A stretch of DNA of 32,000 nt from Mycoplasmoides pneumoniae FH (GCF_001272835.1 NZ_CP010546.1:362809-394808), one strand, 5' to 3'; shown: positions 1-10,373, counted from the stretch's first letter. A program made the numbers and translations. The notes: generated by a model from the letters alone, not told the origin.

Positions 1-345
1 AAGACTATGCTCAAGATCCCAACCAAGCGTATTATGCCGATCCCAATGCTTATCAGGACCCAAACGCTTACACCGATCCTAACGCCTATGTAGATCCCAA
101 TGCTTATCAGGACCCAAACGCTTATGTAGATCCTAATAACTACACCGATCCCAATGCTTATTACGGCTATGGTCAGGATGGTCAAGCATATCCACAAGAC
201 TATGCTCAAGATCCCAACCAAGCGTACTATGCCGATCCCAATGCTTATCAGGACCCAAACGCTTACACCGATCCTAACGCCTATGTAGATCCCAATGCTT
301 ATCAGGACCCAAACGCTTACACCGATCCTTACTATGTTACTAGTA
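1..345 (+). repeat. DPNAY-type penta/hexapeptide-encoding repeat array within p65; 1-124 is nearly identical to 196-319
   Basis: Direct reading: aagactatgctcaagatcccaaccaagcgta[t/c]tatgccgatcccaatgcttatcaggacccaaacgcttacaccgatcctaacgcctatgtagatcccaatgcttatcaggacccaaacgctta occurs twice at offset 195 nt. Confidence 0.95.
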
Positions 346-1064
346 CCGATCACAACGCTTACTATGGTCAGGTCGATAATGTACCTGCTTTAGAGGCGAG
401 TGATCTCGCTTATGAGGTAACACCGCAAGAGCAAGCAGCGGAACAAGAGCTGTTTAGCGAACCGGAAACAAAGGTAATCCGTGAAATCCACGAATTTCCC
501 TTTGAGAAGATTCGCTCTTACTTCCAAACGGACTTTGACAGTTATAACAGCCGTTTAACCCAGCTCAAAGACAAGTTAGATAACGCCATCTTTTCGATGC
601 GCAAAGCGATTGATACTGTCAAGGAAAACAGCGCTAACTTGCAAATTATGAAGCAGAACTTTGAACGCCAACTCAAAGAACAGCAAACCCAACGGCTTAC
701 AAGTAATACTGACGCGGAAAAGATTGGTGCTAAGATCAACCAATTAGAGGAACGCATGCAACGTTTATCGCGCACTATGGAAAGTGTGGAGTGAACCAAA
801 AAGGAGCCACGTCAAGAACAGTTCGATCCACGCTTTGTCGATCCACGTAACTTTAATAACTATGTAAACAACACTGACACAATGATGTCAATGTTTGAAA
901 AGGTATTAATGATGAACTTACTGCGCAGCACCACTCCAGTCCAACCTCCAGTGCAGTACTTTACTCCTCAACCCCTTACAGCATCGCCACGTCCAGTGTA
1001 TGAAGAACCGATCTCCGCTTCGTTCCGCCGTCGTGGTTACCGTGGTGATGAATTTTACGAATAA
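1..1064 (+). CDS. p65: P65 cytadherence-associated protein (5'-truncated by window edge), acidic/proline-rich DPNAY repeats followed by coiled coil
   Basis: Frame 3 is open from position 3 to TAA 1062-1064 if TGA 792-794 is Trp. Translation DYAQDPNQAYYADPNAYQDPNAYTDPNAYVDPNAY... then a coiled coil and C-terminal RRRGYRGDEFYE*. Located directly upstream of hmw2. Confidence 0.93.
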
Positions 1065-1083
1065 ACACTGGCTCTTTTAACCG

Positions 1084-4000
1084 ATGAATGATACTGACAA
1101 GAAGTTCCCCTTGCAACCAGTTTATGACACTGGGTTTGATGATGGGTATTTACAGCGTGATTATGAAAAGCGTTTAGAAAGTGCTGCTGCTAATGATGCA
1201 CAAACAGTGGAACTACAAACCCAGCTGTTAGCAGAGATTAAAAACCTTGAAAACGAAATCAAGGCCCTAAAGGCGCAGGAATCACGCCAACCCGATCCGC
1301 ACAACAATGCCCGGATTCAAAGCTTAGAAGCTAGCTTAAACCGTTTGGTCAATGAGTACAACAACTTTGAATTCCAAAAGAACTATATGGTTGATCGGGT
1401 AGCAGAGTTAAATAACAAAGCGCGTTTTTTTAAGGACGAATTAAAGCGTCTCCAACAAGAAAACGCCGCTTTTGTTAATTCCCGTTATGCCAATTGAGCT
1501 GACTTTCAATCCAACTATCAGCTCAAATTAGACCAGTTTCAAGCGTTAATTGACCAGCAAAACCAAACAATTAAGCAGCTCAACGAACAGATTGCAGCTA
1601 ACCAGGGCTTAATTGATCAAAACGTACAGCGCTTACAGCAAAACCACAGTTTAGACCAACAAGAACGTGACGCCTTACTGTATGAGGTTGACCATTTATA
1701 CAACGAACTGTACGAACTTGAAAACCAAAAACGCTTAGTGGGCATCGAGTATGAAGCCACATACCAGGACTTGGTGAGTGCGGATGCGGAGTTGCAAAAC
1801 GTTTATGAAACAATTGCCCAAAACCAGGCCAACTTCCAAAAGCAGTGTGATGCTTATTGAGCACAGCTCAAGCAAGTAGAACAGCAAATTCAAACGACAA
1901 AGCAAGAATTGGTTGATGAAGAATCGGCACTTAAGGTGCGTTTAAATGACGCTGATTTTTACATTAACTCACGCTTAGCAGAATTAGATGATTTAACTAG
2001 CAAGATTAACGAACGTGATTTTGTTTCTAAAGAACAAGCTCAAGACGTTAAAGCTAGTTTAGCTAACCTCACTAAGGAAAAAGAACGTTTGAGCGCTGAG
2101 AAGGATAGCTTTGAAAGGTTAAGGAACACCGCTTTAAACGACATTAACCGAATGGAGCAGGAAAACGCGTTGTTTGCTAAACACTTAGAACAGCAACAAT
2201 ACGAGTTTGAAAGAAAGCAACAGGAAAGCTTATTAAAGCTAGAAACAGAGCATAAACAGCTCCAAAAACGAATTGGTGAGTTCAAAATCGAGAGTGAAGC
2301 TAAAAGTGAAGCGTTACTGATACAAGAACGTGAACTGTTGGAAAAACGCCGGGAAATTGATGATTTGTTAACCCAAGCCAGCTTGGAGTATGAACAACAA
2401 CGCCAGACGAATCAGGTCTTAAAGGAAAAGCACCGTCAAGTCCAACAACACTTCCAAAACCTCGTGCATGCTAAAAAGAAATTGGATCAAAAGCGCCATT
2501 ATTTAGCGGAACAAAAGCGGATTGATGAAGAACAGATTTTTAAGTTAAAGGAAAAGATTGCCACTGAACGCCGCGAATTGGAGAAGCTTTATCTAGTTAA
2601 AAAACAAAAGCAAGACCAAAAGGAAAACGATTTACTGATTTTTGAAAAACAGTTAAGGCAGTACCAAGCTGACTTTGAAAACGAAATAGAAGAGAAGCAA
2701 AACGAGCTGTTTGCATCCCAAAAATCACTCCAAAAATCGTTTACACAACTCAAAAATAAGGAAGCGGAATTAAACCAAAAGGCACAAAAGATTGCAGAGG
2801 ATTGAGCACATCTCAAACAAAACAAACACCACCACGCTGATCTAGAAATCTTTCTGGAGGGTGAATTTAACCACTTACAACAAGAAAAGCACAAGCTGTT
2901 GGAAGCACGTACGCAGTTTGACAACCGTGTCAGTTTGCTCTCAGCACGCTTTAAACAAAAACAAGCAGAATTAGTTAAACAAAAACAAAGCTTGGAACAA
3001 CTCACCGCTGCCTTTAATAAAGAGCAGGAAGCGGTAGAGCGTGATTGGAAGGATCGCTTAGCTAACTTAGAAAAGCAAAAGGAAATGCTGGGGGATAAGG
3101 TACACCAGTTTGATGAAAATTCGCTCAATATTTCCAAAAAGCTAGCGGAGCGGGAGCTAGCGATTAAATTTAAAGAAAAGGAGCTGGAGGCTGCACAAAA
3201 ACAGCTAAGTTTAGACAACAACAATAACGCTGGGTTAAAGTTGCAGTTAGATAAATTGAGCGAATCACTCAAAACGGAACGCCTGGAATTAGAAGCATCT
3301 AAAGAACGTATTTTGGATTTTTACGATGAATCATCACGCCGAATTGCAGATTATGAAAGCGATTTACAAGCACGCTTAGCTGAGGTTAAGACACTAGAAA
3401 AAAACCAGCAGGAAACAGCGGCTAAAAGTGAGCGCGAACTCAAAGTAGCCTTAGAAAAGTTAAACCAAGCAAAAAAGGCTTTTTTACAAATTCGCAAACA
3501 GCAATTGCTCGAAATTGCTTCTGTAAAACAACAACTAGCACAAAAAGCTAATTTGTTGAAAAACCAACAAGCAGAGCTAGATAAGCAAACAGAAGAGTTA
3601 GAAGCAGCTTTTTTAGAGCAAGATACGGACAAAAAGGAGTTGGAAAAAGCACTCCACAGCGTTAAGTCCAAGCAAGAATTATTAGAGCGCGAACGCAGTT
3701 TTTTACTGCAAAAACAACGTGAATTTGCCGAACATGTAGCCGGCTTTAAGCGCCAAGTGCACTTTAAAACAACGCAAATGCAGCGTTTAAGTGAGTTCAA
3801 CAAACAACAACAAAGTGAACAGATAAAGCGCGAAACGGAGCTCAAAATTGCTTTTGCTGATCTAAAAAAGGATTACCAGCTGTTTGAATTGCAAAAAAAC
3901 CAGGAGTTCCAGCAAATCGAACAAAAGCACAAAGAACTAGAACTATTAGCACAAAAACAGGCCGAACTCAAACAGGAGTTAGAGCAAAAAGCAACAGCTT

Positions 4001-6540
4001 TAGCTAGCCAAGATCAAGACACAGTACAGGCCAAGCTAGATTTAGCGCGTCAACAGCATGAATTGGAATTGAAGCAAAATGCCTTTAACCAAGCTAGTCT
4101 TTCGCTCAACAAACAACGCGAACAGCTCACAAACCAAGTCAAGGTATTGCACGGTGAGTTGAAAAAACGCCATGAAAAGCTAACTTTAAAGGATCGTTTA
4201 CTAGCTGAAAAGGAAAAGGATCAGCACAAAAAAGATGCAGAAATTAACCAACGCTTTAAGCAGTTTGAAAATGAATACGCTGATTTTGACCAAGCCAAAA
4301 AGCGCGAATTGCAAGAGTTAAACCAAATCCGTCGAAACTTGGAGCAGAGCAATGCATCACTGCTAAAGAAGCGCAACCAACTAACGCTTGATTTTGCTTT
4401 ACTACGTAAAGTGCAACACAATACGCAAACTAACCGTGTCCAACTCAACACGCAAATTAAGGAGTTTTTACTAGAGAAGAAGAACTTTCAAAAGGCGAGT
4501 GATGAAGCCGCTTTACAAAAAGCACTGTTAATTAAACGCTTACGTAGTTTTGCTTCTAAATTACAGTTGCAACGCGAAGCTTTAGCGATTCAAAAACTGG
4601 AATTTGATAAGCGTGATGAACAACAAAAGAGTGAGATTAACAACGCTAAGTTACAGTTAGAGCAGTTCAAACTAGAAAAGCAGAACTTTGATGAAGCGAA
4701 ACAAAAGCAGTTAATTGAGTTTAAGGATCAGTGCCAACGACTTGATGTTGAAAAACGTCTGTTAAAGCAAAAGTTAGTGCAGCTCAAAAACCTATCTAAG
4801 AGCTATCTTACTTACAAAAACCGTGCTGATCTGTCCCAACAACAGCTGCAACACAAGTATGCTAACTTACTGGAGTTGAAGGAAAAGCTGCAAACCGCTA
4901 AGCGTGCCTTGGACAAAAAACACCGTGCCATTTATGGCAAAATGGCACAGTTTGTCAGTGAGCTCCGCCAAGAAAAGAAGCAGCTTTTAAGTGCGCAAAA
5001 ACAAGTTGATGACAAGTCACGTTTACTGGAACAAAACCAACGCCATTTACAAAACCTTTCCAGTGAAACCAAAAAGAAACGCCAGTCTTTAGAGCATGAC
5101 ATTAATAAGTTTGATCAAAGACGCAAGGAAGCGGTTTCTTCCATTTTAAACTCGCACAAAAAACTCAAGCAAAAAGAGGGAGAATTGCAAGGCATTTTGC
5201 AAAAGCTTAGCTTGAAAAAAACACAAATTGAACAAGAGTTTTCCAAGCTTTATCAGCAACGCGAAAAGTTAGATCGCCAACGCACTACGCTCTCTAAACT
5301 CCACAGAGAGCTAAAAGCCCAAAATGAAGCTACGGCACACAAAAATCGTGAAGTTTTAGAGATTGAGAACTATTACAAGAAGGAGTTGCAACGACTCACC
5401 ACGGAAAAGAGTGAGTTTGATAACAACAAAAATCGCTTGTTTGAATACTTCCGTAAAATTCGCAATGAAATTGAAAAGAAGGAAGCACACATTAAAACCG
5501 TTTTAGAAGAAACACAAAAAAAGCGTCACCTAGTCGAAACGGAAGCGGTCAAACTACATTTACAAAAGCAATCTATCATTTCTAAGGGTCAAGAACTTAA
5601 AGAAATCAAGGAACGGGTTAGCCGTGACATTAGCCACACCAACAAACAACGCGAAGAGTTAAACAGCTTATTGCACCAAAACAAACTGTTGCAAAAGAAT
5701 TTGGCTGAGCGTGAACGTGAAATTAATAATAAGGATTCACTGTTAACCCAAAAGATTCAAACAGCTAAACAAAAGTTAAGCGAAAAAGAAGCACGCATCT
5801 TAAAGCTGTTGGAAAAAATGCGTGCGGTAGAACAGCAATACCAAGCGGAAATTACCCGTTTAAAGACACGTAATGCTGATTTGGAGAAGAATGACAATAA
5901 GCACTTATTTCCACCGTTATTTAAAATTAACGGTAATGATATGAACTATCCTTACCCATATCCTTGATTTTATCCGCAACAAAAACAAGAAGATAGTTCA
6001 AACCAAATTCGCCATCTTTTTGAACAACAGTTGCAATTTATGCAACAGCGTTACGAAAACGAATTAACTGAGTTGCGTCGCCAACGTGCTTTATTGGAAA
6101 AAAAACTAGACCAAATTCAACTCGAATCACAGTTAAGCGCGAAGAAGAACGACTTTGAAAAGGTTGAGCAAATGATGCAAAAGTTGTTGGAAAAAACTGA
6201 GCAAAAACTCAGTGCCTTTGACCAAAAAATTAATGCTTTGGCAGAACAGATTAACACACAAAAAGCAGAGCACGCTGACAGTGAAAAGCAACAGTTGTTA
6301 CTAAGGATTGAACAGTTAGAAAAGCAAAACCTAGCTCAAGCTGTTCAAACACCCCAACCAGTACAACCAGTGGTACAAGCACCAGCTGTAGTACCCCAAG
6401 TGATCCAACCACAGGTAGTGCAGTCCCAACCAGCTTTTTTAGCAACGCAGCAAAGTATTTCTAAACAGCAACAAATCGCGCAATTAAACGCTGAGATCAA
6501 TAGTATTAAAAAGCTAATTGCCCAAAAAGCAGCTAAATAA
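1084..6540 (+). CDS. hmw2: HMW2 cytadherence high-molecular-weight protein 2 (giant coiled-coil protein, 1818 aa)
   Basis: Single frame (1 mod 3) from ATG 1084 to TAA 6540, joining ORFs 1084-1497, 1909-2805, 2899-5967, 6031-6540 across TGA-Trp codons. 1818 codons matches the known HMW2 length. Almost continuous coiled-coil composition. Confidence 0.96.
5941..6540 (+). CDS. HMW2-s/P28: C-terminal product from internal in-frame start of hmw2 (199 aa, MNYPYPYPWFYPQQKQ...)
   Basis: In-frame ATG at 5941 (codon 1620 of hmw2). Established knowledge: hmw2 of M. pneumoniae also yields a short C-terminal product from the same frame, reported as residues ~1620-1818. Confidence 0.7.
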
Positions 6541-6554
6541 GGAAGAGATGAAAG

Positions 6555-7628
6555 ATGACTAATGATTACCAACAATTAAATTATTTAGTGGAAACTGATG
6601 ATGAAGCTGACATCATCATAGCTAACCTCGTCAAACAACTCAATGAATTGAAGGAAATTCTGCTTTCATTGGACAATCAAGATTTAGAAATTAATCAGGT
6701 TAACCATCGCACCACAGTGCACAATACTAGTTCTAACACTTCTAATAATAGCACTAGCAATAATAGTGCTGATGGTAATTACAACAGCAATTTCTTTCAC
6801 AACTTTAGTAAAGAAACGCTGCAGACACAAGCAAAACGTGGCTTTCTTTTACTAGAACGCTGTTCCTTGGTAGGTCTACAACAATTGGAGTTGGAATACC
6901 TCAACGTATTGGGTCGTAGCTTTGAATCACATCAAGACAAAATTAACTTTTTGGTCAATTTACGTGATTTAACTAACGATCACTTGTTGGACACGGAAAA
7001 GATTGTCAGTACCCTAGAGCAGATCTTTAACGTTATTGGTGGCACGGAATACACCCCGATTCTCAATTCCTTTTTTAACCAATCACTTAACGATCCTGAC
7101 CCAATTCAGCGCGAAATTGGACTCAAACAGTTTGTGGCTAACTTACGCCAACGCTTTAAAACGCTATTGCAAAAAACTAACAACTCAATTCAACAGTTAG
7201 AAGCGGAAATTCAAATTCCAACTACTCATATTAAGAGTGATGAGGTAATGTTTGGCCCACCGGACATGAACGAACGCTTAGTGTTAAATGACAGTGAAAC
7301 CGATGCCATTCTACGCTCAATTGAAGCGGAGTTGGAAAGCGCTTTACAAAATAAAAAGCAGGTAGTGGTTACAGCAGTCCCACCAATAGCTGCTAACTTA
7401 GCTACCGATAGTATTAGCCAAGAAACTTTAGAACACAACCTTAATAACACTGAAACGGTTAACACCACTACTGTCACGGTAACATCAGCTAGTGAAACTC
7501 AAGTGCGTAAACCACAGATTTCATTACGCCCCATTTTTCAAGGCAACTTTCCCAAACGCTTAAGTAGAGAAGACATCCAGCGCTATGCCCACCAGTTACA
7601 GGAATTAGAACAAAGTAATGAAGGATAG
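6555..7628 (+). CDS. p41: P41 terminal-organelle-associated protein (357 aa)
   Basis: ATG 6555 with upstream ggaagag; uninterrupted to TAG 7628; position directly after hmw2. Confidence 0.9.
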   Translation: MTNDYQQLNYLVETDDEADIIIANLVKQLNELKEILLSLDNQDLEINQVNHRTTVHNTSSNTSNNSTSNNSADGNYNSNFFHNFSKETLQTQAKRGFLLLERCSLVGLQQLELEYLNVLGRSFESHQDKINFLVNLRDLTNDHLLDTEKIVSTLEQIFNVIGGTEYTPILNSFFNQSLNDPDPIQREIGLKQFVANLRQRFKTLLQKTNNSIQQLEAEIQIPTTHIKSDEVMFGPPDMNERLVLNDSETDAILRSIEAELESALQNKKQVVVTAVPPIAANLATDSISQETLEHNLNNTETVNTTTVTVTSASETQVRKPQISLRPIFQGNFPKRLSREDIQRYAHQLQELEQSNEG

Positions 7629-8274
7629 TGCACTAACACTAAAACGGGTACGAATTGGAAAATTTTCCGAGTCAATGGTTGAAGAACGACCAACACTCAA
7701 CCTGTTCGAAAAGGTCGAATTCAACCCAGTACCGACTGCTTTAGTGGATCAATTGCCAACTGAACCACTTGTTGAAGCAACTCTTTTAGAAAAGGAAGCA
7801 ATTACTTTTGTCGATACTTACGCAACTTCGGAAGCTCATGATCAAATAGCTACCTTTGTTTTAGAACAATCAATGGAAACGGAGGTGGTTGAAAAAGAAG
7901 CGATTGAAACAGCAATAGTTGCACCAGCACCAGACTTAGTTGAAGAGAAAGCTGTTTTAGTGGAAGAGGTTTTAGTTGAACCAACTGCAACGGAAGCAGT
8001 TACAACTGAAGAAAATCAAGTTTCAACTACATCCGTAACTAAGATTAAAACTAAGCGCAGCAATACTAAAAAGGTGACATCAGAAACACTTGTGGCTTCT
8101 AAAAGTGTGAAAACTAAAAAGTTAATTACCCCTAACCGGGTAAGTTCGGGCAACGTTAATATAACACTTTGACAAGCAGACAAGAAGTCCACTAACCTAA
8201 CTAAAACTAAAACCGATCTCTTTGGTAAAAAGCACCAGTTTAAGGGTCCACAGTTAATTTCTTACAAGAAGTAA
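7618..8274 (+). CDS. p24: P24 terminal-organelle-associated protein (218 aa)
   Basis: ATG 7618 overlaps p41 by 11 nt; TGA 8170-8172 read as Trp; continues WQADKKSTNLTKTKTDLFGKKHQFKGPQLISYKK to TAA 8272-8274. Confidence 0.9.
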
Positions 8275-8284
8275 GCAAAACAAA

Positions 8285-8311
8285 AGCCAGGCACTAACCT
8301 GGCTGTTTGTT
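8285..8311. terminator. Probable bidirectional intrinsic terminator between convergent p24 and the minus-strand 90-aa gene
   Basis: AGCCAGG-CACTAA-CCTGGCT perfect 7-bp stem (8285-8291/8298-8304); T-rich flank on + (gtttgttt) and on - (TTTGTTTTG). Confidence 0.7.
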
Positions 8312-8356
8312 TCGGAGAATCTAAACAAGTATTTAAATTTAAGTATTAAGTATTAA

Positions 8357-8629
8357 TTAAACGGGAAAAGAATAGGACGATTTACCAGGGGTTAAACCTA
8401 ATCGGAACCGACCGGTACTAAAGTAGTCTTTTTGTGAATTCCTTCTTTTATAGCTATAACTGCTGCCATTGCCGTTGGCATTATTAGCGTTAGCAGCTTC
8501 GCTGATGTCTAACGCGGTATTAATTAACGTACTAAAGGCGTTTACAATCATAATTACTCCCGCACTGAAGCTTCAAAATGATAAGCCTCCAACTACTTGT
8601 TTAGCTTCTGATTTTTTTAATCTCTGCAT
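8357..8629 (-). CDS. Small protein with N-terminal MQRLKKSEAKQVVGG leader-like segment (90 aa; probable MPN313/MG220-type hypothetical)
   Basis: The ORF track gives only 64 aa (8357-8551). Reading TGA as Trp extends it upstream in frame: MQRLKKSEAKQVVGGLSFWSFSAGVIMIVNAFSTLINTALDISEAANANNANGNGSSYSYKRRNSQKDYFSTGRFRLGLTPGKSSYSFPV*. GGAG lies shortly upstream of the new ATG (minus strand GGAGACACAATAATG). Confidence 0.75.
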
Positions 8630-8682
8630 TATTGTGTCTCCATTTAAATGAATTACATAACTAAAGTAAAATGCCAAAGTTT

Positions 8683-8688
8683 TATAAT
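8683..8688 (+). promoter_or_regulatory. -10 element (TATAAT) for tRNA-Arg
   Basis: TATAAT 11 nt before the tRNA 5' end. Confidence 0.6.
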
Positions 8689-8698
8689 TAACTTAACT

Positions 8699-8775
8699 GT
8701 CATCATAGCTCAATAGGACAGAGTATCAGCTTGCGGAGCTGAGGGTTACAGGTTCGATTCCTGTTGGTGACGCCA
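8699..8775 (+). tRNA. trnR: tRNA-Arg, anticodon GCG, CCA encoded
   Basis: GTCATCA...TGGTGAC acceptor stem, anticodon stem-loop TCAGC-TTGCGGA-GCTGA (anticodon GCG), T-arm ACAGG-TTCGATT-CCTGT, G73 + CCA; 77 nt. Confidence 0.95.
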
Positions 8776-8788
8776 TAATACTTTCTAA

Positions 8789-8820
8789 CCTACCAGTGTT
8801 ACCCTGGTAGGTTTTTTATT
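8789..8820 (+). terminator. Rho-independent terminator downstream of tRNA-Arg
   Basis: CCTACCAG-TGTTACC-CTGGTAGG perfect 8-bp stem followed by TTTTTTATTT. Confidence 0.85.
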
Positions 8821-8987
8821 TGCTCCGTTGGCTCACGGTGGATGAAACCACCTTTGACTTACTTTTGTAAACCCAAAAAGTGGTCTTGTAAACCACTTTG
8901 GTGCCTTTTACTTTGCTGTTCCAAAGCGCTTTTTTTAGGTTTGCTGGCAGTTCTTTTAGCCAAAAAAGTTTTTTTATTCTAAGATAT

Positions 8988-9024
8988 AAAGTGTTTTAAA
9001 GTGTCACAAAGTGGCATAAAGTGG
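8988..9024 (+). promoter_or_regulatory. MraZ operator: four AAAGTG[T/G] boxes at 10-bp period (8988, 8998, 9008, 9018)
   Basis: Sequence AAAGTGTTTTAAAGTGTCACAAAGTGGCATAAAGTGG immediately upstream of mraZ ATG. Matches the MraZ-binding box arrangement described for Mollicutes. Confidence 0.85.
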
Positions 9025-9029
9025 TAAAA

Positions 9030-9455
9030 ATGCTTTTAGGAACCTTCAACATTACCCTTGATGCAAAAAACAGGATCAGTCTGCCAGCGAAGCTGCGGGC
9101 TTTCTTTGAAGGTAGCATTGTTATCAACCGTGGCTTTGAAAACTGCTTGGAAGTGCGTAAACCACAAGACTTCCAAAAGTACTTTGAGCAGTTCAACAGC
9201 TTTCCCTCCACCCAAAAAGACACTAGAACACTCAAGCGCTTAATTTTTGCCAACGCTAACTTTGTGGATGTAGATACAGCGGGACGGGTTTTAATTCCCA
9301 ACAATCTGATTAACGATGCCAAGCTAGACAAGGAAATTGTTTTAATTGGCCAGTTTGACCACTTAGAGATTTGGGACAAGAAGCTGTATGAGGACTACCT
9401 AGCCAACTCTGAGTCGTTGGAAACGGTAGCGGAAAGGATGAAAGATGTTAAGTAA
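9030..9455 (+). CDS. mraZ: Transcriptional regulator MraZ (141 aa)
   Basis: [23 protein letters not shown]... typical MraZ motif; first gene of dcw cluster; ATG 9030, TAA 9453-9455. Confidence 0.95.
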
Positions 9456-10371
9456 TCAACCCCACAAAAGTGTCTTACTTGATGAAGTCATCCACAACCT
9501 CAACATTAAAGGTGATGGTAACTATTTAGATCTTACTGTTGGTTTTGGCGGTCATAGTCAGCACATTTTAGAGCAGCTTACCACTGGCACTTTAACTGGC
9601 AATGACATGGATAAGGACAGCATTACCTTTTGTACCGAGCTGTTCAAAGACAAAAAGAACGTTGTTTTAGTCCATGATAACTTCGCTAACTTTTTTAACC
9701 ACTTAAAGCAGCTCAAAGTAACGAAGTTTGACGGCATCTTAATTGATTTAGGGGTTTCGAGCTACCAGCTAGATAAACCAGAACGCGGTTTTAGTTTTAA
9801 ACACGCCGGTCCATTTGACATGCGCATGCACCAAAGCGATCGCGTACCAACTGCTTTAGATATCTTGGAGAGGTTGTCTGAGGAAGAATTGACACATGTT
9901 TTAAAGAAGTTTGGTGAAATAGCCCACCCCAAACCAATCGCCAAGGCCTTAAAAACACTCATTAATAACATTAAAAATCCAACTACGGTAGAGGTAGCGG
10001 AAACAGTTAAGGCAGCTGCTAGCAACTTTGAAAAGTACAAATCACGCAATTACTTAGCTAAAGTTTTCCAAGCCATTCGCATTTACCTCAACCGTGAACT
10101 GGAAAGTTTGGAAATTGTGCTGCAACACATTCCCAAGCTGTTGAACAATAAGGGTCGTTTTCTAGTGATTGTCTTCCATTCACTCGAGGAAAAATTGGTG
10201 CGGAACTACATTTTTAAACTTACTCACTTTGTCCAACCCCCTGAACTACCCGTTAAATTAACCCCACCGTTTGAACTCATTACTAAAAAACCCATTTTGC
10301 CAACTGAACAAGAAATTAAAACGAACCCCCGTGCTCGAAGTGCCAAACTGTTTGTCATTGAAAAGAAATAA
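9445..10371 (+). CDS. rsmH: 16S rRNA (cytosine(1402)-N(4))-methyltransferase RsmH/MraW (308 aa)
   Basis: [32 protein letters not shown] and [24 protein letters not shown] motifs; 11-nt overlap with mraZ. Confidence 0.96.
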
Positions 10372-10373
10372 CT

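Noticed and set aside
1-345. Regularly spaced repeats resembling a CRISPR-like array
   Set aside because: Repeats are codon-phased (DPNAY) within an open coding frame, without unique spacers of constant length; a protein repeat.
1598-1864. Gaps and short ORFs between 1497 and 1909 suggesting hmw2 is disrupted
   Set aside because: The apparent breaks are in-frame TGA codons only; no frame change is needed and the total is exactly 1818 aa.
2040-6575. Long minus-strand ORFs antisense to hmw2 (e.g. 2589-3272, 3351-3845, 4221-4451)
   Set aside because: They are Ser/Leu/Cys-rich mirror translations of coiled-coil coding sequence on the opposite strand (few stops because of Lys/Glu/Gln codon composition). 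No RBS or homology-like motifs, and fully inside a well-supported gene.
8469-8651. + strand 60-aa ORF MPLALLALAASLMSNAVLINV...
   Set aside because: Mostly antisense to the 90-aa minus-strand gene, which has the better start/RBS, terminator and composition support.
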